A stretch of DNA of 64,000 nucleotides, from the NCBI GenBank assembly GCA_051986275.1, contig JBPYDT010000017.1, forward strand, positions 21,621 to 85,620. The letters run 5' to 3'. This stretch comes from Acidimicrobiia bacterium. Its GTDB lineage: Bacteria > Actinomycetota > Acidimicrobiia > IMCC26256 > PALSA-555. Made by a program: the position numbers and the translations under genes. The notes beneath the pieces are model-generated. The model was not told the DNA's origin. It saw only the letters and a list, made by a program, of their open reading frames with translations, and did not search any database. Within the stretch, counting starts at the first letter, position 1. Every line of letters starts with the position of its first letter. Of the stretch, positions 18,306 through 26,754 are shown one piece after another.

Positions 18306-19169
18306 ATGAACAACCAGCCCGCATCCGCTCCTCGAGCGCGGACAACCGCCCTCGCGCGAGCCGCGTGGGCCGCGCTCCCGATCACCGCGCTCGCGGTCGC
18401 GCTCGCCGCCGCACCGGCCGACGCGCAGACCTCGGGCACGACACTGCCGCCGTTCACCAGCGGGATGCTCTCCGCGCTCACCGGGTCGACGCTCAGCGTC
18501 CAGGCCCGCAACGGCCGATCGACCACCGTGGTCGTGACCGGCTCCACCGTCTACCAGCAGACCAAGTCGGCCACCGCGTCCGACGTCGCGTCCGGGGACT
18601 GCGTGCGCGTCGTCGGGACGGGCAGCGCCGCGAGCGGTATCCAAGCGACCACCGTGGTGATCACCAAGCCGACCTCGAAGGGCTGCGTCCCCGGGATCCG
18701 CGCCGCGGGCAACGGGAGCGGGTTCGCTGGCCGTCGATTCGGCAACGGGACCCCGGGCAGCACCCCGTTCACCCGGCCCAACGGCAGCGCGGGCACGGTG
18801 CCGACCAACGTCGCGGCCGCGTTCGGCACGGTCAGCAGCGTCTCGGGTGATCAGCTCACCGTGAAGCAGCAGGCCCCGGAGACGAACAGGAAGACCAAGG
18901 TGAAGGCGGGGAAGGTGTCGGTCACGCTCACCGGCACCACCACGTTCACCCAGACGGTCAAGGGGGCCGCGGCCGACCTCTCCGTCGGGTCGTGCGTGGC
19001 CGCCAACGGGACCGTCGACAGCCTCGGCACGATCACCGCCAAGAGCGTCACCATCTCCCAGCCGCAGAACGGCTCCTGCGGTGGCGGCCTCGGTGGCTTC
19101 GGCGGGTTCGGCGGCCGGTTCGGGCCCGGCGCCGCTCCCGGCGGCGCCACGCCGACGTCCACCGCCTGA
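18306..19169 (+). CDS. secreted protein with two DUF5666-like repeats and Gly-rich tail
   Basis: The signal peptide is ALPITALAVALAAAPADAQT. The two internal repeats are (G)STLSVQ..VVVTGSTVYQQT..SDVASGDCVRVVG..IQATTVVI and GDQLTVKQ..VSVTLTGTTTFTQTV..ADLSVGSCVAANG..ITAKSVTI. The tail is GGGLGGFGGFGGRFGPG. Confidence 0.65.
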   Translation: MNNQPASAPRARTTALARAAWAALPITALAVALAAAPADAQTSGTTLPPFTSGMLSALTGSTLSVQARNGRSTTVVVTGSTVYQQTKSATASDVASGDCVRVVGTGSAASGIQATTVVITKPTSKGCVPGIRAAGNGSGFAGRRFGNGTPGSTPFTRPNGSAGTVPTNVAAAFGTVSSVSGDQLTVKQQAPETNRKTKVKAGKVSVTLTGTTTFTQTVKGAAADLSVGSCVAANGTVDSLGTITAKSVTISQPQNGSCGGGLGGFGGFGGRFGPGAAPGGATPTSTA

Positions 19170-19176
19170 GGCGCGC

Positions 19177-19216
19177 CCCTGACCGAGCACGCCCGGCGAG
19201 GCGGGCTCGGTCAGGG
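19177..19216. terminator. GC-rich hairpin between convergent genes (candidate bidirectional terminator)
   Basis: The 12-bp stem pairs CCCTGACCGAGC (19177-19188) with GCTCGGTCAGGG (19205-19216), with a 16-nt loop. It starts 8 nt after the + strand stop and overlaps the - strand stop. It has no U tract. Confidence 0.45.
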
Positions 19217-20083
19217 TGCCGGGCGGTGGCGGGCCTGCTCGACGACGGCCGCGGTGGAGTCGAAGGCGCGCCGCGCCGCCTCGTCGACGGGGAGCGTCTG
19301 GTGCTCGAGGGACATGATCTCGACGGAGAACGGCGCGGTCACGCCGACGGCATCGAGCATTGAGACGAGGCTCGTCAGGTCGAACGATCCCTCGCCGGGC
19401 AGGCGGCGTCGCAGCATCGTGTCCTCCGCGAGGGGCCCGATCATCGTCGGGTCGGCGTCGTCGAGCTGCACCCCGGTGATCCGGTCGCCGGGGAGCGACC
19501 GCAGCAGCGCGGCATCCGGACGACCCCGGAAGTAGTGCCAGGCGTCGAGGAGCACGCCACCGTTGGGTCGAGCGGCGCGCCGGGCGATCTCCGAGGCGGT
19601 GGCGAGGTCGGGCACCGCGGTCCACGGCAGGAACTCGAACGCCACCTTCGTGCCGTGCTCGGCTGCCCGGTCGCACACGTCGCCGAAGCGCTCGGCGATG
19701 ACCTCGACCGACGGCGCGTCGCCGGCCCCGCTGAGCTCGCCCACGTTGAGGTGATCGGGCGCGAAGGCCGCCGACATCGCATCGAAGGTCGCCTCGCGCG
19801 CGCGGGCCTCGCGACCGCGCGCGCCGTCGAGCGCCCAGTCGAAGTGGAACTCGATCTCGAGGACGCGCATGCCGTGATCATCGAGGACACGGCGCAGCTC
19901 CGCGTCAGAGGTTCCGGCGCCGCGCATGGCCGCGTAGTCCGTCGACTCCAGGCCGATCCCGACGAAGCCGGCCGCGGCCGCGGCGCTGACGCGCTCCACG
20001 AACGAGAAGCGCGGCGCCTGCATGACCGGAGCTCCCGACAGGGTGTAGTGGCTAGCGATCAGCGACGGCGCGCCCGAGGTCAC
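19211..20083 (-). CDS. sugar phosphate isomerase/epimerase (xylose-isomerase-like TIM barrel)
   Basis: Trimmed to the GTG at 20083, which follows AGGAGGA. The sequence is VTSGAPSLIASHYTLSG...GTKVAFEFLPWTAVPD...GVLLDAWHYFRG. The 538-aa track ORF has a low-complexity, non-coding-looking N-terminal half. Confidence 0.8.
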   Translation of the reverse strand: MTSGAPSLIASHYTLSGAPVMQAPRFSFVERVSAAAAAGFVGIGLESTDYAAMRGAGTSDAELRRVLDDHGMRVLEIEFHFDWALDGARGREARAREATFDAMSAAFAPDHLNVGELSGAGDAPSVEVIAERFGDVCDRAAEHGTKVAFEFLPWTAVPDLATASEIARRAARPNGGVLLDAWHYFRGRPDAALLRSLPGDRITGVQLDDADPTMIGPLAEDTMLRRRLPGEGSFDLTSLVSMLDAVGVTAPFSVEIMSLEHQTLPVDEAARRAFDSTAAVVEQARHRPAP

Positions 20084-20273
20084 GGCGTCCTCCTGGCTCC
20101 CGCGCAACCTAGCAACGTGCCGCCGAACGCGCCGCCGCGCGTGCCAACGCACGACCCGGACGGTGGTCTCGCTCCAGCCTGCCGTCGCTGACGACGCAAT
20201 TCGGCGCGCCGCTCTTAGCATCGTCTCAGGTTCGATCTGGGACGATCGGGGCGAACCCGAAAAGGAAGAGTAG

Positions 20274-20909
20274 ATGAGCGACGACACGCCGGAGCAGACC
20301 GAGCCCGAGGCGCCGGTCGACAGACCCGAGCAGACCGAGCCAGGGGCGCCGGTCGACACGACCACCGCGGAGCAGCCGACGGAGGCCAAGAAGTCTCCCG
20401 ACGTCATCCACGTCCCCAAGTGGGTCGTGTTCGTCGTCGGTGCGGTCGTCCTCTTCGGAGCCGGTTTCGGGATCGGCTGGGCTGCCGCGCCGGGCGGCAA
20501 CAACTCCCTGTTCCCCGGAGCCCGGATCGGGCGGCCGTTCGCTCCGAACGGCGGTGGCTTCTTTGGGCCCGGTGGGGACGGCGGCCGGTTCCAGGTGCCC
20601 GCCCCCGCGTCGGGTGGCGCGTACCTCGGCGTCGAGACCAGTGCGGCGAGCGGCACGCAGGGCGCGTCGGTCGCCAACGTCGTCAGCGGCGGGCCCGCCG
20701 ACCAGGCTGGGCTCAAGGCGGGCGACGTCATCACCGCGGTGAACGGCACGACGGTCTCGAGCCCGGCCGAGCTGGCGCAGCAGATCGAGTCCCACCAGCC
20801 CGGCGACCAGGTCACGATCACGTACACGCGGAGCGGAGCGTCCGCTCAGGTCTCGGTGAAGCTCGGCACCCGCCCGAACACGACGACGCCGACGGCTCCG
20901 CCGAGCTAA
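20274..20909 (+). CDS. membrane-anchored PDZ domain protein
   Basis: It has an acidic N-terminus, a TM (WVVFVVGAVVLFGAGFGIGWAA), a Gly-rich linker, and a PDZ domain (GAYLGVE...GGPADQAGLKAGDVITAVNGTTVSS...GDQVTITYTR). Confidence 0.75.
   Translation: MSDDTPEQTEPEAPVDRPEQTEPGAPVDTTTAEQPTEAKKSPDVIHVPKWVVFVVGAVVLFGAGFGIGWAAAPGGNNSLFPGARIGRPFAPNGGGFFGPGGDGGRFQVPAPASGGAYLGVETSAASGTQGASVANVVSGGPADQAGLKAGDVITAVNGTTVSSPAELAQQIESHQPGDQVTITYTRSGASAQVSVKLGTRPNTTTPTAPPS
20289..20360 (+). repeat. 2 x 36-bp tandem duplication (PEQTEPEAPVDR / PEQTEPGAPVDT)
   Basis: The units 20289-20324 and 20325-20360 match at 31 of 36 positions by my count. They are in frame within the PDZ gene N-terminus. Confidence 0.85.
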
Positions 20910-21014
20910 CGCGCGTCCGGGCGGTCGCGCCCCGCAATCGACGGACCGGCCCGATACGGTCTCGCATCTGTGGCGGTGCCCGCCACGGAAGCGAGGTCTC
21001 TGGTGAGCTGGTCG

Positions 21015-22265
21015 ATGGCGCCGCGCCGCACCCGTCGGTGGGGACGCGGGGCGCGCGCGCACTCGGCTCGCCTCGGCGCGGTCCTGGCGTCGGCCACGCT
21101 GCTCGTCCTGGCGGCGTGCGGCGGCGGGTCGGGGAGCCTCAGCCAGTCGTCGTCGACCACGACGTCGACGACCACGGCCCGGCCGGCGGTGCAGACCGTG
21201 CCCGGGATGCCGCCGGTCGTCGACCCCTCGAACCTGTACAGCCAGGCCGGGGCCAACATGTTCAGCCCGGCCACCGCGGGCGACCTGTCCCGCGTGTACG
21301 TACCGAACCTGACGTCGAACACGGTCACGGTCATCGATCCCGCCACGGAGCAGGTCGTCGACACGTACCCGGTCGGGTCCAACCCCCAGCACGTCGTCCC
21401 GTCCTATGACCTCCAGACGCTCTGGGTAACGAACAACGCCGAGGGCCAGCCGACGGGCAGCCTGACGCCGATCGATCCGCGCACGGGCAAGCCGGGGGCG
21501 GCCGTCGACGTGCCCGACCCGTACAACATGTACTTCACGCCGGACGGCAAGTCGGCGATCGTCGTCGCCGAGGCGCTGAAGCGGCTCGACTTCCGCGACC
21601 CGCACACGATGGCGCTGCAGGTGTCGATCCCCGTGCCGGACTGCTCCGGGGTGAACCACGCCGACTTCACGATCGACGGCCGCTACATGATCGCCAGCTG
21701 CGAGTACCAGGGCAGCCTGGTGAAGATCGACCTGGTGAACCACGTCGTCGTCGGGTACCTCAACCTCGTCGCGAACGGCATGCCCCAGGACATCCGGGTC
21801 TCGCCCGACGGCAAGACGTTCTACGTCGCCGAGATGACGACCGGCCGCGTGTACCTGATCGACCCCGACACGTTCACGATCAAGGGCTCGATCCCGACCG
21901 GCACCGGCGCGCACGGCCTGTACTTCAGCCGGGACGACACGGAGCTCTACGTCTCGAACCGCGGCTTCCCGAGCCTCGAGGGCACCCACCCGAACGGCCC
22001 CGGCAGCGTGAGCGTCATCAACGTGAAGACGAACCAGGTCGTCGCGAACTGGCCGGTCCCCGGGGGCGGCAGCCCCGATATGGGCAACGTCACCGCGGAC
22101 GGCAAAGAGCTCTGGTTGAGCGGCCGGTACGACAACGTCGTCTACGTGTTCGACACGACGACCGGCGCGGTCACGAAGATCCCGGTCGGGATCCAGCCGC
22201 ACGGGCTCTGCGTGTGGCCGCAACCCGGCCGGTACTCGGTCGGGCACACCGGCATCTTGCGCTGA
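21015..22265 (+). CDS. YVTN/YncE-like beta-propeller lipoprotein
   Basis: Lipobox ATLLVLAACGGG. Repeated propeller blades include NTVTVIDPATEQVVDTYPVGSNPQHVV and LWVTNN...LTPIDPRTGK. The start was set to ATG 21015. The track start is 20970 and the true start is uncertain. Confidence 0.75.
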   Translation: MAPRRTRRWGRGARAHSARLGAVLASATLLVLAACGGGSGSLSQSSSTTTSTTTARPAVQTVPGMPPVVDPSNLYSQAGANMFSPATAGDLSRVYVPNLTSNTVTVIDPATEQVVDTYPVGSNPQHVVPSYDLQTLWVTNNAEGQPTGSLTPIDPRTGKPGAAVDVPDPYNMYFTPDGKSAIVVAEALKRLDFRDPHTMALQVSIPVPDCSGVNHADFTIDGRYMIASCEYQGSLVKIDLVNHVVVGYLNLVANGMPQDIRVSPDGKTFYVAEMTTGRVYLIDPDTFTIKGSIPTGTGAHGLYFSRDDTELYVSNRGFPSLEGTHPNGPGSVSVINVKTNQVVANWPVPGGGSPDMGNVTADGKELWLSGRYDNVVYVFDTTTGAVTKIPVGIQPHGLCVWPQPGRYSVGHTGILR

Positions 22266-22328
22266 CCTCCGTGATGAGCGCGCCCGAGGTCCCCGGTCGC
22301 GGCGCCCGGCGCGGCGAGACTGTCCGCC

Positions 22329-22814
22329 GTGGCGAGCAGCTCCGAGTCACGCCCGATCCGCCGACCGCTCCCCGACTGGCTGCTCGCCGGCCTCACGACG
22401 CTCGAGGACCTGGTCTACCTCGGTGTCGCGCTCGTGCTCCTCGGGATCGCGATCGCCGGGCTCTACAACGTGATCGACCACCTGATCAACAGCGAGGGGC
22501 AGGCGTTCGGCACCGTCGCGACGAACGCCGTGAACGGCGTGCTGTTCGTCGTCATCGTGCTCGAGATCTTCCGCACCCTCGTCGACCACCTCGAGGGCGG
22601 CGGGTTCCAGCTCCGGCCGTTCCTCATCATCGGCATCATCTCGGCCGTGCGGCAGATCCTGCTTGTGGGCGCCCTGTCGATATCGAACCAAAACACCGCC
22701 TTCAACCACACCGTGATCGAGCTCGCGGTCAACGCCGGGGTTGCGCTCGTCCTCGTGATCGCGCTCGTGCTGCTCCACCGCACGGGTGCGACGAGTGACA
22801 TCGACGACGGCTGA
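22329..22814 (+). CDS. psiE: PsiE-family (phosphate-starvation-inducible protein E-like) membrane protein
   Basis: 161-aa, 4-TM protein. The segments LVYLGVALVLLGIAIAGLY...VLFVVIVLEIFRTLV...RPFLIIGIISAVRQIL match the PsiE family pattern by eye. Confidence 0.65.
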   Translation: MASSSESRPIRRPLPDWLLAGLTTLEDLVYLGVALVLLGIAIAGLYNVIDHLINSEGQAFGTVATNAVNGVLFVVIVLEIFRTLVDHLEGGGFQLRPFLIIGIISAVRQILLVGALSISNQNTAFNHTVIELAVNAGVALVLVIALVLLHRTGATSDIDDG

Positions 22815-23892
22815 CGCAGCGCGCCGGCGCCCCCCTTCGGGTCGATGGGCCCGCCGGGCGGCGGTCTCGGGCGTCGCGCTCGTCCTCGCCGCTTGCGGCT
22901 CGGGGGCCGCGCACCGGGCCAGCCCGCCCCAGGCCACGACGACGTCGACGCTGCCGCCGACGACCACGACGACCGTCCCGTCGGCGCTGCCGGTCGGCAC
23001 CCTCGCCGTCGGCACCGGCACCACGACGTACGTCGACGCCACGCGGCCGACGCCGCCCAACGGCGGCGCACCGGGGGCGCCGACCCGCTCGATGCCGACG
23101 ACCATCTGGTACCCGGCCACCGGCCCCGCCGGCGCCGCGCCCGTCGCGGGCGCCCCACCCGATCTGGCCCACGGGCCGTACCCGCTCGTCGTGTTCGCCC
23201 ACGGCTTCAACGTGGTCCCCTCGACGCACGCCGCGATGCTGGCGCGGTGGGCTTCGGCGGGGTACGTCGTCGTGGCGCCGGCGATCCCGCTGCTGAACGG
23301 CGATGCCCCGGGCGGCGCGAGCCACGCCGACTACGCGCAGAACAACGTCACCGACCTCGACTTCGTCCTGGGCCAGGCCCTCCAGCACGCCGCGACGCCC
23401 GGTGACCCGCTCGCCGGGGTCATCGACGCGTCGCGCGTCGCGGTGACGGGCCACTCCGACGGGGAGGTGCTGGCCTACGACCTCGGCTTCGAGCCGTGCT
23501 GCCACGATCCGCGGGTGAAAGCGGTCATCGCCATGGCCGGGAACCTCGGCAACGCCGCAGTTCTGCCCGCGGCGACCGGCGTGCCGATCCTGCACGTGAT
23601 GGAAGACCACGACGAGTACGACCCGTACTCGGCGTCGATCGCGTGGGACCGGACGAACCTCCCGGCGCCGAAGGAGCTGCTCACGCTCGTGTCGGCCGTC
23701 CACCTCCCGCCGTACACCGACCCGACCGACCCACATTTCAACGTCGTCGTCGCGGCGACCGTCGACTTCCTCGACGCCACGTTGAAGGGCCGCGCCGACG
23801 GCCTCGCCGCGCTGCAGGCGCTCGTCGCGGGCGCGCCGAGCCTGGCGATGCTCGAAGGCGCGGCGGCGGCCACCCCGAGCAGCAGCCCCTGA
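22786..23892 (+). CDS. exported alpha/beta hydrolase lipoprotein (PAF-acetylhydrolase/chlorophyllase-like)
   Basis: Lipobox VALVLAACGSG. The core is YPLVVFAHGFN with nucleophile elbow VTGHSDGE. The start overlaps the psiE end by ~29 nt and is uncertain. Confidence 0.75.
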   Translation: MRRVTSTTADAARRRPPSGRWARRAAVSGVALVLAACGSGAAHRASPPQATTTSTLPPTTTTTVPSALPVGTLAVGTGTTTYVDATRPTPPNGGAPGAPTRSMPTTIWYPATGPAGAAPVAGAPPDLAHGPYPLVVFAHGFNVVPSTHAAMLARWASAGYVVVAPAIPLLNGDAPGGASHADYAQNNVTDLDFVLGQALQHAATPGDPLAGVIDASRVAVTGHSDGEVLAYDLGFEPCCHDPRVKAVIAMAGNLGNAAVLPAATGVPILHVMEDHDEYDPYSASIAWDRTNLPAPKELLTLVSAVHLPPYTDPTDPHFNVVVAATVDFLDATLKGRADGLAALQALVAGAPSLAMLEGAAAATPSSSP

Positions 23893-23954
23893 CGCCGCGC
23901 GCGGCGCGGCCGCGCGGTGGCGCGGGGGTGCGCGGGCGGTAGCGTGCCGGCTCG

Positions 23955-25295
23955 GTGGCGCCGGACAAGTGGGGGCCGCGTCGGTACACACGTCGCGGCG
24001 TGCTCCCGGTCGCCGCGGGCGCGAGCCTCGTCCTGGCCGCCGGGCGTCTGCCCCGGCTCGCTGCGGCGCCGGCCCCGGGCGTCGGCGTCGGCGTGCGCCC
24101 GAACCCCCGCCTGCCCGAGGGCGTCGACACGATCCCCCAGATCGAGCACGTCGTAGTGCTCATGATGGAGAACCACTCCTACGACAACTACCTCGGTCTC
24201 CTCGGCCGGGGCGACGGGCTGAAGGTGGACGCGAAGGGCCGGCCCACCGCGACGAACCTCGACGCGTCGGGTCGCCCGATCCGCGCCTTCCACATGCCGA
24301 GCACCTGCCAGCTGAAGGGCGAGCCCAACAACTCGTGGACGCCCACGCACGTCTCCATGAACGGCACGCGCAACGACGGCTTCGTGCGCGGTTCCGGTCC
24401 CGTCGCGATGGGGTACTACACACCCGAGGACCTCCCCTTCTACGCCGGGCTGGCCCGGACGTTCGTCCTGGCGGACCGCTGGTTCGCGTCGGTCCCCGCC
24501 AAGACGTTCCCGAACCGCTACTGCCTCCTCGCCGGCACGCCGAACGGGCTGGTCGTCAACACGCTCCCCGCCCAGGACCCGGTGAACGGCTCGATCATGG
24601 AGGTGCTCGACGCCCACGGCATCAGCTGGCTCGACTACTACTCGAGCGTGCCGTCCACGGACCTCTTCAAGAGCGTCATCCGCTCCGACCAGAGCAAGCA
24701 GGTGCCGATCGCGCAGCTCTTCACCGACGCCGCCGCCGGCACGCTGCCCTTCTTCAGCCTCGTCGAGCCGGACTTCGACAAGTCCTCCGAGGAGGACCCC
24801 CAGGACATCCGCGTCGGCGAGCAGTTCGCGGCGAAGGTCATCAACGCGGTCATGCACGGGCCCGGCTGGGCCAAGACGATGCTCGTCTGGATGTACGACG
24901 AGAGCGGTGGCTACTACGACCACGTGTCGCCCCCCGCGGCGCCCGTTCCGGATTCCGTCCCGCCCAACATCCAGGTGCCACCCGACGCGCCGGGCGGTTA
25001 TGACCGGTACGGGTTCCGGGTCCCGGCCGCCGTCGTGTCACCCTTCGCTCGGAAGGGTCACGTCTCGAGCGTCGTGTACGACCACACGTCGGTGCTGCGC
25101 TTCATCGAGACGAAGTGGAACCTGCCCGCGTTGTCGAACCGTGACGGGCACGCCGCCAACCTGCTCGACTGTCTCGACCTGCACGGCCACCCGGCGTTCC
25201 TCACGCCGCCCAAGCTGCCCACGCCGTCGCTCACCATGAGCTCGGCGCCCTGCGCGCCGATCAGCCCGAGCTCGATCCCGCCCGCGACGTCATGA
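23955..25295 (+). CDS. phosphoesterase family protein (non-haemolytic phospholipase C / acid phosphatase, PF04185-type) with Tat-like signal
   Basis: Twin-arginine N-region YTRRGVLPVAAGASLVLAAG. The family hallmark is IEHVVVLMMENHSYDNYLG, followed by PNRYCLLAG and FGFRVPAAVVSPF. Confidence 0.85.
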   Translation: MAPDKWGPRRYTRRGVLPVAAGASLVLAAGRLPRLAAAPAPGVGVGVRPNPRLPEGVDTIPQIEHVVVLMMENHSYDNYLGLLGRGDGLKVDAKGRPTATNLDASGRPIRAFHMPSTCQLKGEPNNSWTPTHVSMNGTRNDGFVRGSGPVAMGYYTPEDLPFYAGLARTFVLADRWFASVPAKTFPNRYCLLAGTPNGLVVNTLPAQDPVNGSIMEVLDAHGISWLDYYSSVPSTDLFKSVIRSDQSKQVPIAQLFTDAAAGTLPFFSLVEPDFDKSSEEDPQDIRVGEQFAAKVINAVMHGPGWAKTMLVWMYDESGGYYDHVSPPAAPVPDSVPPNIQVPPDAPGGYDRYGFRVPAAVVSPFARKGHVSSVVYDHTSVLRFIETKWNLPALSNRDGHAANLLDCLDLHGHPAFLTPPKLPTPSLTMSSAPCAPISPSSIPPATS

Positions 25296-25339
25296 GCGCC
25301 TCGGCACGCCGCGCGGACCCGCGTCGGCCCCGGACGTAG

Positions 25340-26689
25340 ATGCGCGCCGGCGTGACTGGCGGGCGGGCCGGTGCGCTCGCCGCGGCGGCCGCGCTCGTCG
25401 GCACGCTGCTCGTCGGCTGCGGCGGCGGTGGCGGGCTCGACGTGGCCGCCGTGCAGCGCGCCATCACCCGCAAGGCCACCCTGGCGTACCCGATGCTCGG
25501 CGTCGCGAGCACCCGCTGCCCCAACGCCACCGCGGGCCGCTTCCGCTGCACGGTCCGCACCGCGAGCGTGCCGTTCCACGTCACGGTGCGGACCACCCGC
25601 ACCGGCCGTCTCGGCCTGACGGCCCTCGACGCCGTTATCCCGAACGCCGCGGCGGCGTACCTGGTCCACGCGAACGCGTCGATCCCCGCGCTCGTCGGGT
25701 GCGGGCCGAGCGGGGTGACGGTCGCCGCGCCCGGCGCGACCCTGCCCTGCAGCGTCGGGTTCGTCGACGGCACGAACGAGACGGTGCAGGTCCGCATCCT
25801 CGACGCGGCCGGCGACGCGCAAGTCGAGACCCCGGCCCAGGCGGCGCTCCCACCGGCCGCGACGCCGGGGGGCAGCGTCGCGTGGTCGCCGCTCGGGCGC
25901 ACCGCGCTCGGCCGCCCCGTCACCTTCGGCGGCCAGGTCGACGGGGTCGGGCTCGCCTGGATGGACCCGGAGCTGTTGCACCCCGTCCTCGTCGCGGGCA
26001 CGAGCGACCCGCCGAACGGGCCCGGCCCGTGGGGCGGCCAGGTTCCCGACCCGCAGCGGGGCGCGCTCGCCGCGGCGTTCAACTCGGGCTTCAAGATGGG
26101 TGACATCCGCGGCGGCTGGGTCGGATGGGGCGCCACGTGGCGGCCGCCGGAGGCCGGTGACGCGTCGCTCGTGGTCAGCAGCGCCGGGCAGGCCAGCCTC
26201 GGCGAGTGGGGCCGTGACGTCCCGGGCTCCTCCGACGCGGCGTTCGTCCGCCAGAACCTCACGCTGCTCGTCGACGGGGGCGCGCCCGTGGCGTCCGCCT
26301 CGAGCCCCGGCGCATGGGGCGCGAGCGTCAGCGGCGTCGACACGTGGCGCTCCGCGCTCGGCATCGACGCGCACGGCGCGCTGGTGTACGCGGCTGGGGG
26401 TGGCGTCACGCCCGCCGCGCTCGCGCAGGCGCTCGTCGCGGCCGGCGTCCAGCGCGCCATGGAGCTCGACATCAACCCCAGCTGGGTCAGCTACAACACC
26501 TACCAGCCGGCGCTCGACGGGACCGTCCACGGCACGAAGGTGTACGGGCTCCACGCCGACGACCGATACCTGAGCCCCGACTCCCGTGACTTCATCGCCA
26601 TGCTCGTCCGCGGCGTCGTCGCGTCGGGCGCAACCGGACGAATCGGCGCGCCGGCGCTGCACTCGACCATCGCGATGCCCACGACCTGA
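25340..26689 (+). CDS. phosphodiester glycosidase (DUF2233/NAGPA-like) lipoprotein
   Basis: Lipobox GTLLVGCGGG. The C-terminal domain includes AAFNSGFKM...RSALGIDAHGALVYAAGGGVTPAALAQALVAAGVQRAMELDINPSWV. Confidence 0.75.
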   Translation: MRAGVTGGRAGALAAAAALVGTLLVGCGGGGGLDVAAVQRAITRKATLAYPMLGVASTRCPNATAGRFRCTVRTASVPFHVTVRTTRTGRLGLTALDAVIPNAAAAYLVHANASIPALVGCGPSGVTVAAPGATLPCSVGFVDGTNETVQVRILDAAGDAQVETPAQAALPPAATPGGSVAWSPLGRTALGRPVTFGGQVDGVGLAWMDPELLHPVLVAGTSDPPNGPGPWGGQVPDPQRGALAAAFNSGFKMGDIRGGWVGWGATWRPPEAGDASLVVSSAGQASLGEWGRDVPGSSDAAFVRQNLTLLVDGGAPVASASSPGAWGASVSGVDTWRSALGIDAHGALVYAAGGGVTPAALAQALVAAGVQRAMELDINPSWVSYNTYQPALDGTVHGTKVYGLHADDRYLSPDSRDFIAMLVRGVVASGATGRIGAPALHSTIAMPTT

Positions 26690-26754
26690 GTCACCGCAAC
26701 CCAAATCCGGTGCGAAGGGGCGCCGAAGGCCACGGGTATCCTGCCCTTCTCTCT

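Noticed and set aside
22265-23955. A search for PHO-box-like direct repeats upstream of psiE and the phosphoesterase gene, to support Pho regulation.
   Set aside because: No convincing 11-nt direct-repeat units were seen by eye. Regulation is left open rather than claimed.
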